Shown here: positions 57,220-64,000 of the stretch, piece after piece
Layout: each line of letters starts with the position of its first letter
Numbering within the stretch: position 1 is the stretch's first letter
Assembly: GCA_045644145.1 (NCBI GenBank)
Contig: JAZRGK010000058.1
Coordinates: forward strand, 557-64,556
From: Candidatus Flemingiibacterium sp.
GTDB taxonomy: Bacteria; Bacillota; Clostridia; Oscillospirales; CAG-272
Reading direction: 5' to 3'
DNA: 64,000 nucleotides
Notes under the pieces: generated by a model
Told to the model about the DNA's origin: nothing
The model's database searches: none
What the model saw: only the letters and a program-made list of their open reading frames with translations
Program-made: the position numbers and the translations under genes

Positions 57220-57936
57220 TCACAGTCCAAGAAGCTTCCTTATAACGAAGCCGCCGATAATAAGCCCTGCCGCAGAGGGCACAAATGAAATTGAGCCGGG
57301 GATGTGACGCGACGTTGCCCCATCAAGCTCGCTCGGCGCGGTGTTTTTAACCGGAAGCTCATCGGAAAACAGCACATCGCAGTGGGCGATGCCCATTTCA
57401 CGAAGCTTAAGGCGCATAACCTTTGCAAGCGGGCAGGTATGCGTCTTTGTTATATCAACTATTTTAAAGCGCGTGGGGTCAAGCTTTGAGCCTGTGCCCA
57501 TAGACGATATTACGGGAATCCCACGTTCCTTTGCTTCCTTTATTATGGCAAGTTTGGCTGTAACCGTATCTATGGCATCGATTATGAAGTCAGGATTTGT
57601 TTCATCTATTATACCCGGTATATTGGACGGTTCGGCAAAAGTATCGTATCTCCGGACAAAAATGACGGGATTTATTTTTTTTGCCCTCTCCTCGGCAACC
57701 TCGGTTTTAAGCCTCCCTACTGTGGTGGTATCGGCAATAAGCTGCCGGTTGATGTTTGTTACCGACACAGTATCGTTGTCCACAAGTGTAGCAGCCCCTA
57801 CGCCTGCGCGTACCACGGCTTCAAGGGCATAGCTTCCAACTCCGCCGATACCGAATATCAGCACATTTTTATTCTGTAAGCTATCCACAGCATCATCACC
57901 AAGCATCATGCGCTCACGGTGCAGCCAATCGTTCAT
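57220..57936 (-). CDS. tcdA: tRNA threonylcarbamoyladenosine dehydratase (ThiF family)
   Basis: FGIGGVGS, TNINRQ, IDAIDTVTAK, THTCPLAK, GSISFVPS. Confidence 0.9.
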   Translation of the reverse strand: MNDWLHRERMMLGDDAVDSLQNKNVLIFGIGGVGSYALEAVVRAGVGAATLVDNDTVSVTNINRQLIADTTTVGRLKTEVAEERAKKINPVIFVRRYDTFAEPSNIPGIIDETNPDFIIDAIDTVTAKLAIIKEAKERGIPVISSMGTGSKLDPTRFKIVDITKTHTCPLAKVMRLKLREMGIAHCDVLFSDELPVKNTAPSELDGATSRHIPGSISFVPSAAGLIIGGFVIRKLLGL

Positions 57937-58162
57937 TTCGCACACCTCCGAAAGGTTTTAGTAATTGCTCGAATTATATTTTGCAACATCAATTATATAC
58001 TATTCCGATCATATTGTCAACGAAAAAATATTTTTCCGCAAAAGCGTTTCCACAAAATTTCGAAACATTTTCGTTCTTAGATTTATTGACTTCCACATAT
58101 GAATAATGATATACTGTTATTGTAGAAATACAAAATAATATTTTGCGAAAGGAATATGAAAA

Positions 58163-59512
58163 ATGGCAAAGGCAGCATTTATAGGCTTTGGAGAAGTAAA
58201 TACACCAAAGGACATAATAATAAAGAAATGTGCAAACGCGGCAAAGGCACTGGAAGCCGAAGGTGAGGAGCTTATTAAAGTATACCCCGTTACCGACGAT
58301 TACGAGGAAAATGATATTAAAAATGCAATATCAGAGCTTCGCGGCAAGGAATTCGACTATCTCGTTATCTGCATTGCAGGTTGGATTCCGACTCATGCTG
58401 TTGTTAAGATCACCGAGCATTACAGAAATATTCCCATGGTGCTTTGGGGACTCTGCGGTTGGATAGAAGACGGAAGAATCGTTACAACCGCCGATCAGGC
58501 AGGCACCACGGCTATCCGCAAGACCTTCTTTGACCTCGGCTATACCTTCAAGTACATATACGATATCATAGGTCTTCCCACAAACTCAAAAAAGGTTGCC
58601 GATTACGGTCGTGCGGCAGCGGCGGCTAAAAAGCTTCGCCACGCTCGTGCCGGCATGGCGGGCTACCGCGATATGAACCTTTACGGCACACAGTGTGACG
58701 GTCCATCTCTCAAGCGCACTATCGGTCCGGAAATCGAAACCTTTGAAATGCTCGAAATCGAGCAGAGATACAACAAGATCACCCCAGAAGAAAAGCAGGC
58801 TGTGATTGATGGCTGTATGTCTAAATGGAAATTCTTAAAGCCGGCTAAACGAGAGGGACTCGAAAAGGCGGCAGGATACTATCTCGCAGTAAAATCCATA
58901 TGCGAGGAACGCGGATATGAAGCTATATCTCTTAAGGATGTAGACGGCATGAAAAAGCTCCTTGGCTTCCCCCCTGCACCTATCTTTATGCTTCTTTCCG
59001 ACGAAATGGATCTCTGCACAATACCCGAGAATGACTGCCTTGGCAATATCACCCAGCTTATGGTTAAAGCCGTAACCGGACAGGCGGCTCCCTATCTTGA
59101 ATTTTATGAGTTCTTTGAAAACAGCGTTATTGCAGGTGTACCGGACTACGTTCCTGCGGCGGTGGTTGACGGCGATGTGACAGTTATGCCTGCCGCATTC
59201 GGTGAGCTTTCCGAGGGAATTCTCAATGTCAGCAAGGTTAAGACCGGACTTCTTACCATGTGCCGTCTTACCACTATTGACGGCAAATATTATATGCACA
59301 TGGTAACCGGCAACGGTAAGACTCCGAACAAATGGGAAGAAGCCGGTTGGACTCAGCCTGCGCCTCAGCTTCCCGGTCTTGAAGTAGAGCTTGCGGACGT
59401 GCCTGCATTTGCGGAAAATGTAATGTGTCAGCATTACATCATCTCTTACGGTGACAACACCGGTGTTATTACTGACCTTTGCAAGATTTTAGGTATCGAA
59501 ATAATCAGATAA
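58163..59512 (+). CDS. L-fucose/L-arabinose isomerase-like protein
   Basis: Overall layout incl. YLAVKSICEERGYEAI, PENDCLG, QHYIISYGD. Confidence 0.65.
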   Translation: MAKAAFIGFGEVNTPKDIIIKKCANAAKALEAEGEELIKVYPVTDDYEENDIKNAISELRGKEFDYLVICIAGWIPTHAVVKITEHYRNIPMVLWGLCGWIEDGRIVTTADQAGTTAIRKTFFDLGYTFKYIYDIIGLPTNSKKVADYGRAAAAAKKLRHARAGMAGYRDMNLYGTQCDGPSLKRTIGPEIETFEMLEIEQRYNKITPEEKQAVIDGCMSKWKFLKPAKREGLEKAAGYYLAVKSICEERGYEAISLKDVDGMKKLLGFPPAPIFMLLSDEMDLCTIPENDCLGNITQLMVKAVTGQAAPYLEFYEFFENSVIAGVPDYVPAAVVDGDVTVMPAAFGELSEGILNVSKVKTGLLTMCRLTTIDGKYYMHMVTGNGKTPNKWEEAGWTQPAPQLPGLEVELADVPAFAENVMCQHYIISYGDNTGVITDLCKILGIEIIR

Positions 59513-59576
59513 TCTTTTGAAGTTATCATAGAAGATCATAGTTCCTTATTTTTAGTAATATATAGGAGATATCATC

Positions 59577-61070
59577 ATGAGCAAAATCAAAATCGGTTGG
59601 GCTGAAGAAGAATTCAAGTTTGACAAGCCCATTTCTCTTATCGGTCAGTTTGCCGAGCGAATTTCCGAATACACGGAAAAACCTATTACTGCAACCGCAT
59701 TTGCTGTTGATTCCGGCGACGATCAGATGGTAATTTGCAGTACCGATCTTGCCTATATCGGATCTTTGCTTCTTGAAACTGTTCGAGATAAGTTAGCAAA
59801 CAACAATGTTGGGCTTGATGTAAACAAGATCGTCATAGGCGCAACACATATTCACACCGGTCCCGCACAGTTAGTTGCACATGATCCCTTCCCTGTTTTA
59901 CGCAAAATGCTTGAAGCGGAGCTGATGCCGGGTCAGAAGTATGTTGAAAGTGCGAATATCTCGGACAATAAGGACATCATGCAGGTCGAAGACCTGCATG
60001 AAATACTGACAAATGCCATCGCAAAAGCCATTCTTGACGCTTGGAATAACCGCAGTGACGGTCATTTTTCAAACGCATTCGGACGTGCGGCTGTTGGAAT
60101 GTGCAGACGCGCTTCCTACAGCGACGGCACTGCACAGATGTGGGGCGATGCAAACCGTGCGGTATTTACCGAGCTTGAAGGCGGAAACGACTCGGGAATG
60201 GAGCTTCTGTACGTTTTTGACGGTAACAAGAAGCTTACGGGTATAGTTGCGAACATCGCCTGCCCCGCCCAGTGCGTACAGCACAGACTGTTTATATCTC
60301 CCGACTTCTGGGGTGAAGCAAAGATGCTGTTAAGACAGCACTTCGGAGAGGATATATTCTTACTGCCCCTTTGCAGCGCGGCGGGAGATCAGTGCCCCGT
60401 TGACCTCGTTCGCTGGGTAGAGCCCGAAAGCGATGTCAATGACCCTAATCTTAAGAGAAGCAATCCGCCGAAGCGTAAGGCTGATCCCTCTATGTTTGAC
60501 CTTTCGGGTATGAGAAAAGCCGGCAAGCGCGTTGCAAATGAGATTATTGAGGTTTACAACGAAGGCTTTGATAACGAGCAATCCGATATAGCATTTGAGC
60601 ACAGAGTTTGCAATATGAAGCTCCCTCTCCGACGCGCGACCCTTGCAGACGAAATCGCGGCAAAAAAGGGAATCACAGAATATTTACAGCGCAAACAAGG
60701 CGATGTTGACTTTAACGATCTTGCAAATCTTCAGATTCATCTCGGTATTTTAGAGCGCATGGAGCTTCAGGATAGACAGGATGTCCTTGAAACCGAGATC
60801 CATATAATTCGCTTTGGCAGTGTTGCTATCGCAACCAATCCCTTTGAGCTTTTCCTCGATTACGGCAACCAAATAAGAGCGAGAAGCGATGCAGAGCAGA
60901 CCTTCCTTATTCAGCTTGCCAACGGTTCGGATGGATATCTGCCTACCGAAAAAGCGGAAAAGGCAGGCCACTACAGTGCATTTATTTCCAGCGGAACAGT
61001 GGGTCATGCAGGCGGCGAACAGCTTGTACGCGAAACCCTTTCGGAAATCCGCGATATGTTTAAGGAATAA
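59577..61070 (+). CDS. Neutral/alkaline ceramidase-like hydrolase, unknown substrate
   Basis: GATHIHTGP, ISPDFWG, AAGDQCP, NPFELF, GYLPT. Confidence 0.6.
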   Translation: MSKIKIGWAEEEFKFDKPISLIGQFAERISEYTEKPITATAFAVDSGDDQMVICSTDLAYIGSLLLETVRDKLANNNVGLDVNKIVIGATHIHTGPAQLVAHDPFPVLRKMLEAELMPGQKYVESANISDNKDIMQVEDLHEILTNAIAKAILDAWNNRSDGHFSNAFGRAAVGMCRRASYSDGTAQMWGDANRAVFTELEGGNDSGMELLYVFDGNKKLTGIVANIACPAQCVQHRLFISPDFWGEAKMLLRQHFGEDIFLLPLCSAAGDQCPVDLVRWVEPESDVNDPNLKRSNPPKRKADPSMFDLSGMRKAGKRVANEIIEVYNEGFDNEQSDIAFEHRVCNMKLPLRRATLADEIAAKKGITEYLQRKQGDVDFNDLANLQIHLGILERMELQDRQDVLETEIHIIRFGSVAIATNPFELFLDYGNQIRARSDAEQTFLIQLANGSDGYLPTEKAEKAGHYSAFISSGTVGHAGGEQLVRETLSEIRDMFKE

Positions 61071-61154
61071 TCAAGGCATACCGATATAACCATAAAAAGC
61101 ATCTGCTGCAGTTAATTTATCGCAGCAGATGCTTTTACAGTTAAAATTGTATTT

Positions 61155-62132
61155 TTAAGCATTTTCACACAGCTTTGCACTTGAATCTCTTATGATGAGT
61201 TCGCACTTTAATTTGATCTGCTTTGAAATATGCTCCCTCGGGTTCTTAATATTATTAAGGAGTAATTCTACGGCGGTTTTAGTTACCTCGTAGCTGTAGG
61301 TTTTTATAGTCGTAAGCGGTATAGGTGCAGTTGATGCGCTGGGTATATCATTGATTCCGATAATAGATATATCACCCGGAATGTTTATTCCAAACTTACC
61401 GAACGTGCGAATCGCTCCCAGTGCAATCTCGTCATATGCGGCAATAATTGCGGTAGGCGGAGAAGAAAGATTAGCGTAATATTCAGCCGCCTCGCAGCCC
61501 ACATCATCAAACCGTTTCTTACTGACGAAAATATTTTTCAGTTTTAATGCAACTCCCGCGTTGTTTGCGGCAGATTTGAAGTATTCGAGTTTCCTTGAAG
61601 TACCTTTTTCACTTATAAATCCGATATCCCTATGCCCAAGCGATACAAGATAATCAACCGCATCCTGTATTCCGCTTTCCATATCGCAGTAAACTGCATC
61701 GAATCTGTCCTGCTTGTCGCAATAGCTCGGGGCTACCATGGGTATTTCGTAATTAAGCGGATATATATCACGGGCGAATGTGATAATTCCATCTGCAATT
61801 TGCTCATCTGATATACGTCTTAAAAGATCAAAGTATCTCTCACGGGTGAAACCGCAGGTGTAAACAAAAGCTTCAATTTCATTTAACCTAAGCTCCTCGA
61901 TAATCGCGCTTGCCATTTCTGAATAGTAATAGCTGACGATTTCGGGCACTATGATGGCAATTCTGAGGGTGGAGCGCGATTTATGATATTGAGGCGGCTC
62001 TACATTGTTTTCCTTGGCAATACGCAAAACCAGCTCAGCGGTTTCACGGCTGATTTCAGAGCTTCCGGACATAACCTTGGATACAGTAGACGCAGATACG
62101 TTTGCAAGCTTTGCAATCATGTTGTATTTCAC
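61155..62132 (-). CDS. LacI-family transcriptional regulator
   Basis: IAKLANVSASTVSKV; LGHRDIGFI, PGDISIIGINDI, PLTTI; GTG start after GAGGAGAGG. Confidence 0.92.
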   Translation of the reverse strand: MKYNMIAKLANVSASTVSKVMSGSSEISRETAELVLRIAKENNVEPPQYHKSRSTLRIAIIVPEIVSYYYSEMASAIIEELRLNEIEAFVYTCGFTRERYFDLLRRISDEQIADGIITFARDIYPLNYEIPMVAPSYCDKQDRFDAVYCDMESGIQDAVDYLVSLGHRDIGFISEKGTSRKLEYFKSAANNAGVALKLKNIFVSKKRFDDVGCEAAEYYANLSSPPTAIIAAYDEIALGAIRTFGKFGINIPGDISIIGINDIPSASTAPIPLTTIKTYSYEVTKTAVELLLNNIKNPREHISKQIKLKCELIIRDSSAKLCENA

Positions 62133-62292
62133 TTTGTTTATCCTCTCCTCTATTGCAATCTCCCTTGAAATTATAGCACAATTTAGCATTATAGTCAATC
62201 GCTTAGCAGAAATTATGCCGAATTCCACAATGAAAAAATATTTTTCAAAAAACTATTGACATTTCCGAAAATGTGTGATATAATATCAAAGT

Positions 62293-62452
62293 TGAATCCA
62301 AAGACCGCAGGTTACAGCAGACGGACCTCGTCCTTACTGCCGTGTAAAAGGGCAACCTTCCTGCCGAGGAAACACTTTATAAATAAAGATATAATTCTGC
62401 ATTTGTGAAGTCCCTCGTTGCGTCATTGGTTCGCACGAAGGATTTTTTATTT
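62293..62452 (+). ncRNA. Ribosomal protein L10 leader
   Basis: AAGACCGCAGG...CCTGCCGAGG motif followed by a terminator hairpin; promoter TTGACA-N17-TATAAT at 62256-62284. Confidence 0.85.
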
Positions 62453-62472
62453 TTACCCGGGAGGTGAAAATC

Positions 62473-62994
62473 ATGGCAAGTGAGAAGATTTTAAATGCAA
62501 AAAAGCAGATGGTCGCTGACCTGACTGAAAAGATCAAGGCTGCTCCCGCAGGCGTTATCGTTAACTACTCCGGTATCACCGTTGCAGACGACACCGCACT
62601 CCGCGCAGCTCTCCGTAAGGCAGGCGTAAATTACAGCGTTTACAAGAATTCCATTACCGGAAGAGCTTGTGAAGAGGCTGGTTACAGCGATCTCAAGAAG
62701 GTTCTCGAAGGTATGACTGCAATCGCAGTTGCTACCGAAGATCCTGTTGCTCCTGCAAAGATCCTCAAGGAGTATGCCGACAAGATCGAGTCTTTCGAGC
62801 TTAAGGGCGGCTTCGTTGAAGGCAACGTGCTGGATGTTAAGGGTGTAGAAGAGCTTGCAGCAATTCCGCCGAAGCCCATGCTTGTTGGCAAGATGCTCGG
62901 TTCTCTTCAGAAATCCCTCTACGGTCTTGCTTATGTACTTCAGGCAAAGATCGACAAGGAAAACGGCGGAGCAGAGGCTCCCGCAGAGGCGTAA
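62473..62994 (+). CDS. rplJ: 50S ribosomal protein L10
   Basis: YSGITVADDTALRAALR, VYKNSI, ELKGGFVEG. Confidence 0.97.
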   Translation: MASEKILNAKKQMVADLTEKIKAAPAGVIVNYSGITVADDTALRAALRKAGVNYSVYKNSITGRACEEAGYSDLKKVLEGMTAIAVATEDPVAPAKILKEYADKIESFELKGGFVEGNVLDVKGVEELAAIPPKPMLVGKMLGSLQKSLYGLAYVLQAKIDKENGGAEAPAEA

Positions 62995-63069
62995 GCTTTA
63001 TAAAAGCATCGCCGCGGCGTAATATGATACGCCAAACACAAATTTTATTATAATTGGAGGTTACTTAAA

Positions 63070-63447
63070 ATGGCTACCGAAAAGATCACAAACATTCTTG
63101 AAGAAATCAAAACTCTCACCATTCTCGAACTCGCAGACCTCGTTAAGGCTCTTGAGGAAGAATTCGGCGTTTCCGCTGCTCCCGTAGCAGTTGCAGGCGC
63201 TGCTGCTGCTCCCGCTGCTGCTGCAGCTGAGGAGAAGACCGACTTCGACGTTGTACTTGCTTCCGCAGGTGCTAACAAGCTCGCAGTTATCAAGGTTGTT
63301 CGCGAGCTCACCGGTCTTGGTCTTAAGGACGCTAAGGACATGGTGGAGGGCGCTCCCAAGACCATCAAGGAAGGCGCAACCAAGGAAGAGGCTGAGGACA
63401 TCAAGGCTAAGCTTACCGAGGCTGGCGCAACTGTTGAGCTTAAGTAA
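63070..63447 (+). CDS. rplL: 50S ribosomal protein L7/L12
   Basis: [35 protein letters not shown]. Confidence 0.98.
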   Translation: MATEKITNILEEIKTLTILELADLVKALEEEFGVSAAPVAVAGAAAAPAAAAAEEKTDFDVVLASAGANKLAVIKVVRELTGLGLKDAKDMVEGAPKTIKEGATKEEAEDIKAKLTEAGATVELK

Positions 63448-63561
63448 TTTAAGCCTGACATCGTCTATATTCAAAGACACCAAAATGGGGCTGTTGCAAA
63501 TACAGAAGAAGTATTTGCAACAACCCCATTTTTTATCATTCGTCCATATAACGGTCACTTG

Positions 63562-64000
63562 TCAGTGCGCGTGATGGTGGCATCCGCCGATTCTACACGC
63601 CTTGGCTTGGCATATTTTATGGTGACACTCATCATATTCACCTTCCAATTCAATGGTCACATGGCTTATTCCGTGCTTGCACAGCTCCTCACGGATCTGC
63701 TCTTTGATTCTGTGTGCATCTCCGGATGCAACGACGTGCATGGTGGCACAGTGGTTTTGACCGTCCATACTCCAGATATGAACATGATGAATACCTAAAA
63801 CTCCGTCTATGCGCATAAGGCGGCAAATCATCTTATCCGTATCAACGCCGTCGGGGGCTTTTTCAAGAAGTACAGAAAGCCCCTGCTTTAATCCTTTTAC
63901 TGCATTTATCATGATGAATACCGCAAGGCATACAGACATAATCGGGTCGATAAGCCCAAATCCCGTAAATTTCATTATAACAGCACCAATAAGTACAACC
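63562..64000 (-). CDS. Cation diffusion facilitator (CzcD-like), C-terminal part; runs off the window
   Basis: IDPIMS, LLEKAP, IHHVHIWSMDG, GISHVTIELE, His-rich tail. Confidence 0.85.
   Translation of the reverse strand, partial: VVLIGAVIMKFTGFGLIDPIMSVCLAVFIMINAVKGLKQGLSVLLEKAPDGVDTDKMICRLMRIDGVLGIHHVHIWSMDGQNHCATMHVVASGDAHRIKEQIREELCKHGISHVTIELEGEYDECHHKICQAKACRIGGCHHHAH

Noticed and set aside
62473-63447. rplJL not flanked by rplKA or rpoB
   Set aside because: It has its own promoter and leader; split arrangements are not unusual in Clostridia.

Overview
Window from a Clostridia-type Firmicute (SLH proteins, T-box, L10 leader, sporulation-type promoters). There are three parts. (1) Positions 1-~30210 are an accessory island that appears to end inside a chimeric tRNA-Pro. 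It carries a sigma-like regulator, an LRR/SLH surface protein, a serine recombinase beside a candidate invertible promoter, and a 16.5-kb LytTR-controlled operon for a non-cellulolytic cohesin-dockerin surface complex (SLH-clostripain, PLAT/Ig giant, dockerin giant, cohesin-SLH anchor). (2) Positions ~30415-40660 hold a HEPN gene, a decayed pair of tandem tyrosine integrases and a run of one- to two-gene units (GNATs, AraC, XRE, YetF/cupin). These units are separated by directly repeated 28-bp 11-6-11 sites (consensus TTTCTTTGTCT-N6-GCGCAAATATT). This integron-like cassette array is the strongest candidate for an undescribed system. (3) Positions ~40900-64000 are core chromosome: rnfCDGEAB with flavinylation genes, T-box ridA-leuA, pgi, rpmB, tcdA, a LacI sugar locus, rplJ-rplL and a partial CDF transporter. 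All family calls come from motif recognition by eye; no database searches were run.
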